The notes: generated by a model from the sequence alone, not told the origin. Shown: positions 37,690-51,325, counted from the stretch's first letter. The stretch is DNA of 64,000 bases from Octopus sinensis (GCF_006345805.1 NC_043008.1:68014001-68078000); one strand, 5' to 3'. Translations and numbers: made by a program.

Positions 37690-38630
37690 TCCATTCATCC
37701 ATCTTTACCACCCACTATTTCAGTGTGTAGAGGTGGTGGCGGGGCATCATAGAGATAGAGTCCTCAGGCTCTTCCATCATAGGGTCCAATTAGAAGCAAC
37801 CATCTTTGCACTTCCTGGCTGGATTCCAAGTATGACCACCTGAGACTATAGATACTATCCAACTAGATCATTCCTAATCTAGTCCTACATCTCCAGCCAG
37901 TAAGCTTTACTTGAAGAATCTGCCTTGCAATGGGCCATGTTCATGAGTTATATGAAGCAAGAGGCTGAATTGTATGCTAGAATTTCTGGTGATGGCACAA
38001 TAATGGGACAGCTCCAGCATTCAATTCTCAAAAGAGGAGAGTGAAGTAAAAAAGCTAAACTCACTATCTTCAATTAAATTTTTATTCATATCCTCACCTA
38101 TGGTCATGAATGTTAAGTAAAGTTTAAAAAAGTGCAGTCACAAATACATGTGGCTAAAATGGGGTTTCTCTAAATCAAGGGTTCTCAACCAGGATCCATA
38201 TTAGGTTTTTGGGAGTCCACAGATGCAATATAGTAAATTGGGGGTTCATGAAAATTTTTCAGGGGCCATGAAAAAATTGTGCTTCAGACCAGTAAAGTTT
38301 ATGTACAATAAATTAGTTATACATTCACAATACACAAAATAATTTTATAATTTTTATACAAGTCGTAATAATATTTAATTATAAAAATACAATAGAATTT
38401 TCTAAACATCACGTGGCTATGGGGTCCACCTGAGTAAAATAGCAATCAAAAGGGTCCATAGACAAAAAGTGGTTGAGAATCCTTGATCTAAAGGACCTAT
38501 TAAGCAACATTATTTGGCACGCTGCATAGCTTAGACATCGGGGAATCTCTCCAGGCTGATCTGTTACTTCTCCACATTGTGAGGTCACAGCTCTGGTACT
38601 ATGAACACGTAATTAGAATGCTGCAGGAAA
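37690..38630. mobile_element. Old, rearranged RTE-like LINE fragments interrupted by a hAT MITE
   Basis: Plus-strand remnants LTYGHE...MGFL...LLLLHIVRSQLWYYEHVIRM; minus-strand 3' end with (GATG)n-like tail at about 37690. Confidence 0.5.
38176..38485. mobile_element. hAT (Charlie-like) MITE
   Basis: TIR CAAGGGTTCTCAACC / GGTTGAGAATCCTTG; 8-bp TSD-like ctctaaat / atctaaag; related copy at 41411-41981. Confidence 0.8.
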
Positions 38631-38814
38631 ATGTTACATTAAGCAAACTAAATAGTGACCTACTTTGAAACAATTGACAGGATGTTGCTATAATAAGTAG
38701 TTAGTTAATCAAACAAAGGAGTTAATTAATTTGTTACACTGCAATAGTAAAAGTTAACTCTTTACTTTACTACTGTTCAGTTTTAAATTTTCTCAATTTC
38801 CAGGTAAAATTTGT

Positions 38815-39026
38815 TTCAAATTTTGGCACTAGGCCATCAAGTTCTGGGGAGGAGGTAAGTCAATTACATCAACCCCAGTGCTCAAGCAGTACTTATTTAA
38901 TCGACCATGAAAGGATGAAAGGCAAAATTGACCTCAGCAGAATTTGAACTAAGTACATAAAGATGGACAAAATGGTGCTCAGCATTTCACCTGGCATGCT
39001 AACAATTCTGCCAACTAGCCACCTTA
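38815..39026 (-). mobile_element. Meta/Sauria-like SINE
   Basis: Reverse copy of the SINE family; flanking caggtaaa direct repeat. Confidence 0.75.
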
Positions 39027-39122
39027 TTTTCAGGTAAATTTAAAAGCAAATGCTGCTGTGCTGAAATAAATATAAAAAGCAAAGTAGAAATGTATCATTA
39101 GCTGGATAAAGTCTTTACTTAC

Positions 39123-39158
39123 AGTTTTAAAGAAATGTATATTATCTGTACAAAGCCT
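39123..39158 (-). CDS. Speculative 36-nt mini-exon of the profilin-like gene
   Basis: tacag|AGG...AACT|gtaagt; phase 2/2 reading [11 protein letters not shown] is compatible with neighbouring candidate exons; no homology support. Confidence 0.2.
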
Positions 39159-39284
39159 CTGTATAAAGTGTGGGAGACTGATTCAAATGATTAAACGTGG
39201 AGAATGCTGACTGATTAGGTTGAACAGAGTAATAAATATATAGGTTGTCTTTTTCCTTTTCTCCCTCTCTCCCTCTCTCACAAA

Positions 39285-39493
39285 CACACACATATACATA
39301 CACACACACATGTATGTATATAGGTATTGTATGTATATATACACATACACATATATACATATATATATATATACATATACATATATATATATATACATAT
39401 ATATACATACATATATATATACATATACATATATATATATATACATATATATACATACATATATATATATATACATATATTATATATATATAC

Positions 39494-39554
<61 letters not shown>

Positions 39555-39659
39555 CATATACATAAATATATATATATACATACATATATATACATATACA
39601 TATATATATAATATATACATATACATATATATAATATATATACATATATATATATATAT

Positions 39660-39690
<31 letters not shown>

Positions 39691-39696
39691 ATATAC

Positions 39697-39794
<98 letters not shown>

Positions 39795-39815
39795 TCATAT
39801 ATATATGAGGATGAT

Positions 39816-39914
<99 letters not shown>

Positions 39915-39920
39915 AAATGA

Positions 39921-39972
<52 letters not shown>

Positions 39973-40005
39973 GCATACATACACACATACATGTACACGC
40001 ACAAA
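39285..40005. repeat. ~700-bp compound (TA)/(CATATA)/(GA) microsatellite
   Basis: Directly visible; source of the long YI-rich pseudo-ORFs. Confidence 0.97.
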
Positions 40006-40217
40006 CATATTCTCAAGAAGAGATGACAGAACCACATAATTATTAGTAATTACTGTATTAATAATTATTTTATCTTTCTCCTCTGAACCCACTTCAACTG
40101 ATAATCTTATCAAAAATGAATATTTTAAAAATAAATGAACCTATTTTTAAATGCATATCAATCAGTTTGATGGTAGCAATCACAGGAGAATATTCAGAGA
40201 GAGACACACAACCTTAC

Positions 40218-40248
40218 TTGTTCCTTAAATATATTTTATGTTTCACCT
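40218..40248 (-). CDS. Speculative 31-nt mini-exon of the profilin-like gene
   Basis: ttttaagcag|AGG...ACAA|gtaagg; reading VKHKIYLRN ends in phase 2, compatible with 39158; no homology support. Confidence 0.18.
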
Positions 40249-40698
40249 CTGCTTAAAATAGAATCAACAGCATACTATTATCTGATATTTTTAATTAATG
40301 CTGTTGTTTCTGATTAACCTTAGACTTTCAGTGATTGTGTTGATCTCTGACCAAAGATAATCCAACCATAACAATCCAGTCGGGGGCTGAATTAGCCAAT
40401 TAATCAATTTTTATTTAATACTTTGTCTTTGTTGAAATAGACTGCTTGAGCTGGTTGGATAGTATTTATAGTCTCAGGTGGTCACACTTGGGAATCCAGC
40501 CAGGAAGTGCAAAAATGGTTGCTTCTAATTGGATCCTATGAAGGATATGACTGAGGACTCTATCTCTATGATGCCCCCCACACACCTCCACACACTGAAA
40601 TAGTGGGTGGTAAAGATGGATGAATGGATAGAATATAACAATTCAAGATTTTCAATCTCTTGACAAAGTAATGGTCACTGCTTGAACATTTGAAATTG

Positions 40699-40917
40699 TA
40701 AGGCAGTGAGCTAGCAGAAACGTTAGCACGCTGGGTGAAATGCTTAGCAGTGTTTCATCTGTCTTTACATTCTGAGTTCAAATTCTGTCAAGGTTGACTT
40801 CGACCTTCATCTTTTTGGGGTCGATAAATTAAGTACCAGTTATATACTGAAAGTCAATCTAATCGACTGGCTCCCTCCCCAGAAATTTCAGGCCTTGTGC
40901 CTAGAGTAGAAAAGAAA
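40699..40917 (+). mobile_element. Meta/Sauria-like SINE
   Basis: aaggcagtgagctagcagaaacgttagc...ggggtcgataaattaagtaccag. Confidence 0.8.
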
Positions 40918-41410
40918 TAGGCTGCTTGTGTTTCTATAAATTTTAACAACAATGAAGAATTTTGTAAATAACTTTGTCATTAACTACTGTTAGGGACATA
41001 AACTAACATGAAATTCTCATGGAGGGTTTTAATTTACAACACTTTAAAACAACTAGTTGTATAATAAAACCAGAGTTGGTCTTAAACAGGCTGGTAACAA
41101 AAGGGATGAAGGATAACCCTTTTGTTACCATATTCTGCTAAAATACACTGGTTATTTTTTACAATTAATTATGAAAATAATGAATAATTCAGTAAAATAA
41201 CTTTGTTGTTATTAAGCTGATGTTTGGAATATGAAATAACATGAAATTTTGGTGGAACAATTTCATTCACATTACTTTGAAATATGAAGTCTTTTATCAT
41301 TGAACCAGAAATGGTCTAAGGTAGATTAGGTATCAAAAGGGTTAAGGTGATTTGACATGATCTGAGGTAGATTTGACTGCTATTTCCAACAGGTTGTGTG
41401 TCCATGTAGA

Positions 41411-41981
41411 CCTGTAATTCACAACCACTTTTTATGCATGGATCCCCTTGAGTGCTATTTTATTCTCATGGACCCCATAGCCATTTGATGTTTAACCCTT
41501 TAGTTACCAACCCGGCTGAAACCGGCTCTGGCTCTGAGTACAAATGTTTTGTTTCCATACGTTTTGATTTAAAATCTTCCACCAAATCTTAGTCATAATT
41601 TATGTCCCTAACACTAGCTTAATGATAAATAAGTTATTTTATTAAATTCTTTGTTATATTTAATGTAATTGAAAGAAATACAGAACATCTCAAAATAAAT
41701 ACAGTAACGAAAGGGTTAAAACTAGTTTTATAGAAACTCCTTTCAAAATTATTGTTTTGTTTTTCAGACATAAATTGTGTAAGTTGAACTAAGAAAAACA
41801 TTAGAAAAAGAAACCAATCTGTTTCCTGCAATACATACCAATACATACATCTAAAGCAAAATTTTTCCAGGAGCCCTTAAAATACTATTGAGGATCCCCA
41901 ATTTAATATTTTGAAGCATGGACCCCACAAAATCTTATATGGACCATCAGGGATTATAGGAACCCTGGTTGTGAACCACTG
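41411..41981. mobile_element. hAT MITE (family of 38176-38485) carrying a nested piggyBac-like MITE
   Basis: 41425-41494 is the reverse complement of about 38402-38472; right end ggttgtgaaccactg. Confidence 0.65.
41496..41715. mobile_element. 220-bp piggyBac-like MITE
   Basis: TTAA|CCCTTTAGTTAC ... GTAACGAAAGGG|TTAA; related copies at about 40920-41345, 43807-44035 and 49795-50023. Confidence 0.85.
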
Positions 41982-42274
41982 ATGTAGTCACTCCTTCTTT
42001 GGTTTGTAAAACCAAAAAGGTTTCCTATGTTATCATCCATTTAAATAACTAACTAGGTTCAATGTTGCTCAACTTCTGTGTTCAGCTGAGAACCAATGCT
42101 TTTAGCATAAAGTATTCGTAAGATTTTATGATGATACATGTGAGAAATCAGTGTCTATGAAAGAAAATCTTCCTGTAGCTTTTTACTGGAAGCTCATTCA
42201 TACCCTGCCCACTTCAGCATCCAATTATCTCTGATGGTAAGAAGTTACAGAGGTATAAACAACTGTTATAATAA

Positions 42275-43740
42275 GCCTCAGTGGCTGTATTGAGTGCACA
42301 GTCTTCTGCAAACAGTAAGTCACATGCTGAGTCCTCTTTCACCTTGGTCTTGGCCAGTAACCTCTGAAGGTTGAAGAGTCTGCCATCAGTCCTGAATCTG
42401 ATCCTTATTCTGGTTTCATTGTCACTGCAGAAGGCATATGGCAGCATGGCTGAGAACGTCATGCTGAACAGTATAGGTGTGAGTATACAGCCCTGCTTGA
42501 CTCTGTTAGTGAATGGAAATGCATCAAAAGAATCTTCACTACCCAATATTCATGCAAGCATGCCATCATGGAACCATCACACCATGCTGAGGGATTTGTC
42601 CAAGCAGCAAAACTTTACCATGATCTTTCAAAGCCCCTCATGACTAAATGTCAAAGGCTTTGGTTAGGTCTACAAACATTGTGTATAGGTCTTCAGTTAG
42701 TTCCTGTGTGGCAAAGATCATGTTGATTGTTCCACAGCCTTCTCTGAAGCCACACTGACTCTCTGGCAGATGTTTATTTTTCATGTGCTGAGTGAAGTAG
42801 TTAATGAGGACCAGATGCAGCAGAGTGTGAACTGCTTTTCCTCTGTCTGTAACAACTTTGGCCTCCCAGACAGTACTCAAATGACAGAGATCATGCATCA
42901 AACTGTCCCACAGAAGTTGTATGTGGAACCACCAATCACTGTTGAAGGGAAAACCCTGAAGGTTATAGATAAGTTCATGTACCTTGGTAGAACAGTCTTT
43001 AGACCAATGAAAATTGACAATGAAATCAACACATGTATGGCAAAGGAAAGTTCAGCCTTCAGGCAGCTATATGAATCAGTGTGGGAGAGGAGAGACATTA
43101 GGCTGGCCATGAAGTTGAAGGTGTACAAAGCAGTTGTACTGTCTATGCTACTGTACACTGGCAAGACTTGGACTGTTTATGAATACCACACTAAAAAGTA
43201 AAACCACTTCCACATGTACTGCTGAGAAAGCTATTGAAAATCACCTGACAAAACAAGATCCCAGACACAACGATTCTCTTCTGAACTGATGTGTCAAGCA
43301 TTTACATACAGCTGAGAAGAGCACAAGTCAGGTAAGCAGGCCACTTTGTTCAAATACCTGATACATGATTCCCCAAGAGACTGTTTAAAGTGAACTGGCA
43401 GAAGGCAAGCACACACAAGATGGACAGAAAAAGCACTCATAGCCTCACTGAAAAGCTTTGAGATCAACCCTGATACCTGGGCAACACAAACTCAAGACCA
43501 TTCTGCCTGGTGAAGCTGTGCCAACAGAGGTACCACCTCCTATGAACAGAACAGGATTGCAGGGATACAAAGAAAAAGTGAACTGCACAAGTCCAGAGCC
43601 AATTTCTGGCTTTCAGCTCCAGCAGACCACCAGTGCCCTAACTGCAGCAGAGCCTTCCAAGCATACATCAGGTTGATCAGCCCCATCTTCTTTCATGTGA
43701 TGTCCTTGGTGATCATCAACAGCAATGGACAGACTAATAA
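42275..43740 (+). mobile_element. BovB-like RTE LINE, decayed, with 5' inversion (42275-42800 on the minus strand)
   Basis: Minus part: LPESQCGFR, FVDLTKAFD, VKQGCIL, FRTDGRLFNL, LLFAEDCALN. Plus part continues QMQQSVNCFS...FMYLG...KLKVYKAVVL to a (TAA)-like tail. Confidence 0.88.
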
Positions 43741-43810
43741 TATAATAATTACCCTCAGTAAATCACCTTTATAGGTCAGCTAAAAATAAAATGCGGTTTC
43801 TCAGGTTTAA

Positions 43811-44031
43811 CCCTTTTCATACCAGTCTGTCTGAGACTGCCCTGGTTCTATGATACAAACTTCCTGTATTTAAGTGAGCTAAATTAAAACCTGACATCAA
43901 AACGTCATATTAATTTATGTTTCAAACACCTGCTTAATAATGACAAAGTTAATTTATGAAATTCTTCATCATTTGCAAAATTAATTAAAATGAAGGTAAT
44001 GTATTTTAATAGGAATTTGGTAACAAAAGGG
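43811..44031. mobile_element. piggyBac-like MITE
   Basis: TTAA|CCCTTTT ... AAAAGGG|TTAA. Confidence 0.75.
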
Positions 44032-44430
44032 TTAAAAGTTTTCTTTTCTGAAGGTAAAAAAATCTTATAAAGAGTAAATTTTTTCTCCTAACCAAAAAAA
44101 AAAAACAAATCATCTACCCTAAATTCTTGAATGTATGAAAATTCAAAGGTATTAAGGTTCATGAATATAGATACTGTTCTATATGTAGAAGATATAGAAT
44201 AGTTAACATAGCACCATATTTGGTCACTTTATTGCTATAAGTTAACAGAGAACCAAATTTGGCTAGTTATTGTCATAGGTCTGTCACATGTTCTTTTGAG
44301 ATTTTGCAGTGCATTTCAACTTGTTGTGCACTCTAACTGCATGTGTGTGTGTGTGTGTGTGTGTGTACATACATATACACCCACATACATACGTGTACAC
44401 ACACACACACACACACACATATAGCTAGAT

Positions 44431-44506
<76 letters not shown>

Positions 44507-44899
44507 GTAGATTTATCATCATCATCATCATCATCATCATTTAACATCCGTTTTCAATGCTGGCAAATGCTCCAACCATATAGACTTCAGCCTCGATAGA
44601 CAAGCAACTAGTGTCATTTGGATAAGAAGTAAACAGGCTGAAAGGAAAGTATTAAAACTAAAAACGAAGTCCTGTCGTAATTATCAAGAGGAGCAAGATG
44701 ACATCTAAGATGAAATGGAAGAGAAGATAGAAGACTGCTTAGAGAATAGCCAAGTGTTTCTGTGAGATAACTAACTGAGAACCACAGACTAGATATATGG
44801 ATGGAGCAAGGTGCAATTATTAGACAAACAGAAAGTAACATGATAATAAAATAGTAAAGTAAACCCATAAAAGCGAACAGACAGCCTGTAAAAAACATT

Positions 44900-46215
44900 T
44901 TAGGATGGCTTGGGAAAAATATAATGGTTGAGACAATGTATCAGTTTAAATCAGGACGTCATTCACAAAATATCAAAAAGTAATGATAGGAATGTGTGTG
45001 CCCTCCCCAATGTTGACAGTTGAGAAAGAGAGATGGAAACAATAGCTTGAAAAGTTAATAAATGAGAGGACTAAGGGGCAAAAGGGAGAGGTTATCCTAT
45101 GTGGACTCAACAGAGGGAGTTGATAGATTACCATTTGGCAGAAAGGACTATTCATAATATAACCTGGACCATCAGGGACAGACACTGAAATACTGGAATT
45201 CAGTGAAGCAGGAAACATGTTGAATACTCATGTAGTCAATGAAGTAATGCAGACAGGTGTTGTCTCCCTTGACTGGCATGGCAGTAACATGAGAAATTGC
45301 TACAAGAGTAAAGGAGATGATTTAGTAAGAAGTAACCATAAAGATGTTAAACTGAGGGACCAAATCCTGAGAGTAGCAGAAAGAGTTATAATGAAGGAGA
45401 TTAGCTAAGATGGATTTGTATCAAGATGTGGAATCATTGATGCTCATTTCTTAGTGATTCAACTACAGAAGTTCCTAATCAAGAACAAATCACTGAACCT
45501 AGAATTTGTTAGCTTCATGAAGGCTTTTGACATGGTACAAAACTCTGTAGTGAGCAAAGAAACTGGAGCAAGGTGCAGATAGCAAAATAGAAGTTAACAA
45601 TTTCAATGAGAAATTTAGCATGCAGGAATGGTCCATCAGAGCACAATTGTCATCTCCCATCTGTGTTTATTCAGGCCATTAAAGAGTAAGTTCAGGTCTG
45701 GTTGTCTGAGGAGATTCTTGTATGCTGATGATTTAGTTCTTATGGCCAGATTAGTCAAAGAATGAATGGAAAAATTCTGAAAGTAGAACCAGAGTCTAAA
45801 ATCAGGAGATCAAAATGTTAAATAAGTAAAGATGAAACTTTCAGTTCATATAAAAGAAATAAACAAGACACTACTGCCAACAAGGAAGTGTCCATATTTG
45901 ATATAGAGAAAAGGAACTGGTTTTGAATTCTGTAACATATATCTAAAGTAAAGATTTAACATGTGAGATATGAGGCATGATATGAAAAGGCTGACAAAAA
46001 GGAAATATTTCATAAGTAACAAATACGTGGGAATGGTTAACAGTAAGAACAAACAAGAAATGAAGTCCTTTAACTGCTCAGAAGGCTCATTGAAAGTGAT
46101 TGATGGTTTCTGCTATGTAGGGAATCTAATCAGTAGTGGAGAGGAGAGGCAAAAATATACAGTAACTAGAGTAAGGACTGGGTGATAAGAGTTTGGTGTA
46201 CGGTTACCTCTTATT
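44900..46215 (+). mobile_element. Old, heavily decayed copy of the PHD-bearing RTE family
   Basis: Remnants NCYKSKGDDL...VKLRDQILRVAERVI, KAFD, LYADDL, FCYVG, colinear with 55093-53500. Confidence 0.75.
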
Positions 46216-46365
46216 AAATATCATCCCTTTCCTCTACAGAATAATTTCTGCCAGTTAAAAAGACATACATTATTTCATTTTCCTTTCTAGCACTGACTTT
46301 TGTCTACTTTTAAACATTTTTACTTTAGAAATCAGAAAATATGTGAATAAAATCTCACAAATACA

Positions 46366-46602
46366 TATTCTTTTATTCTTTTATTTGTTTCAGTCATTTG
46401 ACTTTGGCAATGCTGGAGCACTGCCTTTAGTCGAGCAAATCGACCCCAGAACTTATTCTTTGTAAGCCAAGTACTTATTCTATTGGTGTCTCTTGCCGAA
46501 CTGCTAAGTGACAGGGACGTAAACACACCAGCATCGGTTGTCAAGCAATGTTGGTGTGACAAACACAGACACACAAACATATACACGCACACACACACAC
46601 AT

Positions 46603-46640
<38 letters not shown>

Positions 46641-46792
46641 GAAGGGCTTCTTTCAGTTTCCGTCTACCAAATCCACTCACAAGGCTTTGGTCAGCCCGAG
46701 GCTATCGTAGAAGACACTGGCCCAAGGTGCCACACAGTGGGACTGAACCCAGAACCATGTGGTTGGTAAACAAGCTACTTACCACACAGCCA
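46366..46792 (-). mobile_element. CORE-type SINE, full length
   Basis: Reverse complement of 3845-4219. Confidence 0.85.
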
Positions 46793-47518
46793 CAAAGAAA
46801 AAAATTAAAATCTATTTGAATTTTTGATAAACAAAATTTGTATTCTTTTTGTACACCAAAAAAAAAATGTATTACATTGGATAAGATGAGCCTCCATCAT
46901 CTAGGTATAGAAAATCTTACATTTCAGATCTTATTGCAGGTAAGTTCAAAGATGAACTAAATTTACCAGCATTATTATGGATTACCAAGCCCCACCCAAA
47001 AAAACAAAATTTTCATTACTACAAAATACAAAATATTGAGAGAGTTTGAATGTTGTTCTTGGTATAATTGTAGTAGTAGTAAAAGATTAACTGATTGTTG
47101 TTGTGTTGCTGTCACTGATCATTAATCACAGTCGTTGTCAGTTCAGGTTAGCTACCATTCACATCTGTTCACTGTTTGTCTGCCATCTGTAAATTGCTCA
47201 GATTTTATTGATCACATGGATAATATTCTAACAAGTCACAACACATGGTTCCTGAATATTCTTGCTGTGCATATATGAAATTTTACCTTAATTGATGTTA
47301 ATTAAGGCCTGTTATATTCTGTCTATATCTTGTCATGTATCAAGTCTGTACCCACAAATCATAGGCTGTCTACTGCTGAGTGATACCATAATAATAATAA
47401 GAGCTCTATTTTCTATTGCTATGTAAGGGACAAAGTAAAATTTGAAAATAAAATTACAACCCACTGTTATAGTAATCCCTATGAACATCCTTTTAATTTC
47501 ATGCATTTTATTCTCATT

Positions 47519-47898
47519 TGAACACTGGATGGGTGCAGCTCTCATCCTTTACATTAAAATATTAATCGAAGGAAAAGCCAAGACTTCCGATAATTTCAAC
47601 AGCATAAATATTTTTATTTCTGGATTCACAATATGTATATTCTTCGCAGTAGTCAAATGGAGTGAGCCAAATCCTGTCCGTTCCAGCACAGTGTAGCAAC
47701 ACCACAAGGTGGCAGTTTGAGAGAGCTGCTACAACACGACCGTCCTGTTCAACTGTCAGCATTCGAGAGAGCGATACTCAGGAAATTTTGCTGCTGCTAG
47801 TTTTCTGCACATGCACATGAGGGAACTTCCAGCAGGCCACCCGGAAGAATCCAACTCTGCCCATGCGTGCTGAAGATTTCCAAAATGGCGTCACTACA
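47519..47898. mobile_element. Probable solo LTR, copy 1
   Basis: TG...CA ends; about 380 bp similar to 60613-61045; CGCCATTTT (YY1-like) near one end; no coding sequence. Confidence 0.6.
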
Positions 47899-48747
47899 TC
47901 TTTAACAGACTCACCATAATTTATCAACATAACAGCAATAGAATAAGGAAATGAACATCGAGATATGAACATTAGTTGGTAAGCAGTGAGACACTAGAGG
48001 AAAAAAATCATACCATTCCAAATCATCCTACTTATGATTTACAGTGAAGGTGATTTAAAATGCAATATTCATTCATCTCTTGCTGGATATTTGTTCAAAA
48101 GAAGAGCAAACATGTGTGTTGATTGTAAAGCTCCCTTGTATAATTAGTTAATCAAAACCAAAACCAGATAAGCTACAAAACAGGGGATACTTTATCAGAA
48201 CTTCCGCTTCAAGGGTGTAGTTATCTATTTTAATGAAGTCATTGAACTTTGACATCTGATCTTCAGCAATCTTGATATTCCTAAATTGGTCAATTAATTA
48301 AGATCGTCATATCAAAACCTAACATTCATCTAAGGTAATCTTTTCTTCCTAATCTCAAAAGTCCTCTGACACACAATTTATCTATAGCGTCTACTGTACC
48401 AAATCAATAGATCTTTCTTCCCTTCTCTTTATAATATTTTAGTCAAGAGGAAAAGCAGTGTCCATGACCCCTTTACAGGGCCTCTGAAACTGGTAGGTGG
48501 GAAGGAGGAAAGTATCTTCAAACTGGAGACCTGACCTGAATACATGCAACAGGGTGGACTCCCCTAAAGACAATCAAACTTTCAGGGGGTTGGTGTTAAA
48601 TCAGGCAACAGACCAACTCTGCCAATACTTTGAAAGGGTGTTAGTCTATCTCAAGTAGATTTGCCCAACTTACGAATTGAACCCAATACAGCAAGAATGC
48701 AAGATACTAATTAATTCCAGGGTTGCCTCTATTAACAGTTGTAGCAT

Positions 48748-48890
48748 ATACCACCTTGTGGTAGAATATGCTACCCTATGTGGTATAATGTACAAGCAGG
48801 TAGTAGTATATACCACTCTGTGGAAGTATATACCACTATGTGGTACAATATGCTACCACGTGCTAAAATATACCAACCTGTGGTAGTACA
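48748..48890. repeat. Tandem array of ~20-bp palindromic units
   Basis: About 7 degenerate units of TATACCAC-nnn-GTGGTA(G/C/T)A. Confidence 0.75.
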
Positions 48891-49797
48891 ACTACTTACA
48901 ATTTGGTGCAATAGGTTTCCCATTTGACATGAGCTGTCTGAGTTATTTGAGCTGCCATATACACAAGACAGCAGCAATAACAATATATAAACCTCATGTC
49001 TCTTGTTTAGTTGTCTGCCACTTTACTGATAGTCACCTAGTCTCTCAATAAATTGAGGAAATACATAAAACGCTTAGTATCAAACAGCAAATGCTCCACC
49101 TTATAGCATATGTGTATGTATTTATGCAGACAGCAATACAAATTAACTTAATAAATGCACTGTGAAAATATTAGTGTCAGAGTAAGGTGTGAAACCAACC
49201 TTATGAATAATGTACATTGTGAAAATTGCTTACTGTAAATATATCATAGATATATAAATGTCGATGTATTCATTTTGTATATTTTCACTTGATTAAGTAT
49301 ATATTTAGGGCAACTATTATTCTATAAACAATTGATTGTGTGCTACTGTATGTGTAAAGGATCACGTGTTAATATGATAATTTTTTTATGAACTCTGTCT
49401 CATATGACATGACAAATACATCGTTGGTAGGATCTGAATGGGTGTTGATTGATCCTGACCTTGTTCAGAAAAGATTAAGAATGCCTTGCAGTCACCACTA
49501 GACAACGAGAACGAAAATACAATTGAGAGATAATAATGAACATGGTGTTCTGAAGAAGATAACAGAATTATTTTTATCAAGGGCTACGCCTGAAATTATA
49601 TTGATGGTGACACTTATGGTTCATTGGAAACAACTGGAGGACATCTGTTTTGAGCAAAAAGAGCAGAAGATAACAAATAATGCAAGACTTAAAAAGATGG
49701 CTTTTACAAAACTAAGTTCATGTCTATGTAACAAGAATCCTTTGAGTTCATCACAAAATTTCTGTATCACCTTAGTGACAGGCTGTGAGTTAGTTTA

Positions 49798-50019
49798 AAC
49801 CTTTCGTTACTGTATTTATTTTGAGATGCTCTGTGTTTCTTTCAATTACTTTAAATATAACAAAGAATTTAGTAAAATAACTTACTTATCATTCAGCCAG
49901 TGTTAGGAACATAAATTGTGACTAAGGTTTGGTGGAAGATTTTAATTCAAAACTTACGAAAACAAGACATTTCTACTATAGAGCCAGAGCCAGTTTCAGC
50001 CAGGTTGGTAATGAAAGGG
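49798..50019. mobile_element. piggyBac-like MITE, reverse copy of 41496-41715
   Basis: ttaa|acctttcgttac ... gtaatgaaaggg|ttaa; high similarity to 41496-41715. Confidence 0.85.
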
Positions 50020-50984
50020 TTAAGTTTGGTTAAAGTGATAAAAGTATTGAAGAGGACCTGGTGCAAGTGAAACTCATTGAGGAAATGTATCATATGACTT
50101 CAGAGACCAAGAATATTGGAATGGGTGCAGTTGGGATATTATGTCACTTGCTGCATGTGTGAACTTGATACAAAAGCAGGAAATGATATTCAATTTTAAA
50201 AAGAGTAGCTATTTCTTATGGAATACAGCCAAGAACTACTGAAACTTACCACCTGACCAAAATTAAGAAACCTTCTTATAATGATGGTTATTCATCAATA
50301 AACATATTCATGAGTGACTCTGTGTGGGGGTGGGGGGGGGCATGTGGATCTGTGGGTGTGTTTGCATGTGTGACCAAAACACTTCTTTTTTATCACTTTC
50401 TTGGTTAAGTAAGTCAGAACTCACATCATCCCTGGAGAATTGAACTGACTTGGCTGCTAGTTCAACCACCAATTCTGAAGATATAAAATAGATGTGAAAG
50501 AAAAGTGAAAGCAGCAGAGTGAAAGAAAAGAAGGTGGAAGAAAAAAAGCATTAACTGACAATTTTGTTCAAAAGACAGTTGATAGATGACTACAACTGAT
50601 AAGGAACGCAGGGCCATGTGAACTGCTAATGTGAACAAGAAGTGGTAAGAGAATCTGTGTGAGAAGGTAGAAGGAAAGAGGAATGGAAAGAGAAGAAGCA
50701 GGCATGGTAGAGAGTGAAGTGAAGCTTACATGCTCTGCACTTCTTATCAGTTGCAGTCAGTTTTTTTTTTTTTTTTTTTTTTTTTCCCACTTTGAGGATC
50801 TCTGCTGTATCTCATTATTTTCTCTCCTTTCACATTTTCCCTGAAAAGGACTTTGTGCGAAACACTGGAGTTTCCAGTCTTCATAACAAGTTCCCTGTAT
50901 GCTTTTTATCAATTTTACTAAACTATGTAAGTCTTTCCACTGCAGTGCAACACCAACCTCTTTGGAGTCTGATATTTCTTATAT

Positions 50985-51245
50985 TTATATATCTTTTACC
51001 TGTTTTCAGTCATTAAACTGCAGCCATGCTGAGGCATCGCCTTGGAAGGTTTTAATCAAACAAATTAACCCGAGTACCTTTTTTCTTTAAAGCCTGGTGC
51101 TTATTCTGTCAGTCTCTTTTGCTGAACTGCTAAGTTACAGGGATATAAACAGACCAAAGTTTTCAAGTGGTGGTGGGGAACAAACACACATATACATATA
51201 TATATATATACTTGTTTTAGGTCACCCAGATAACCAGAAACTAGC

Positions 51246-51276
<31 letters not shown>

Positions 51277-51294
51277 CATACATACATACATACA

Positions 51295-51325
<31 letters not shown>

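Noticed and set aside
39142-40113. Longest ORF (323 aa) and overlapping YI-rich ORFs
   Set aside because: Translation of (TA)/(CA)/(GA) microsatellites, which lack stops; no coding signal.
46920-46945. Plus-strand micro-exon (tttcag|ATCTTATTGCAG|gtaagt) and donor at about 19919
   Set aside because: Isolated splice-like motifs with no linked exons or recognisable protein; expected by chance in 64 kb.
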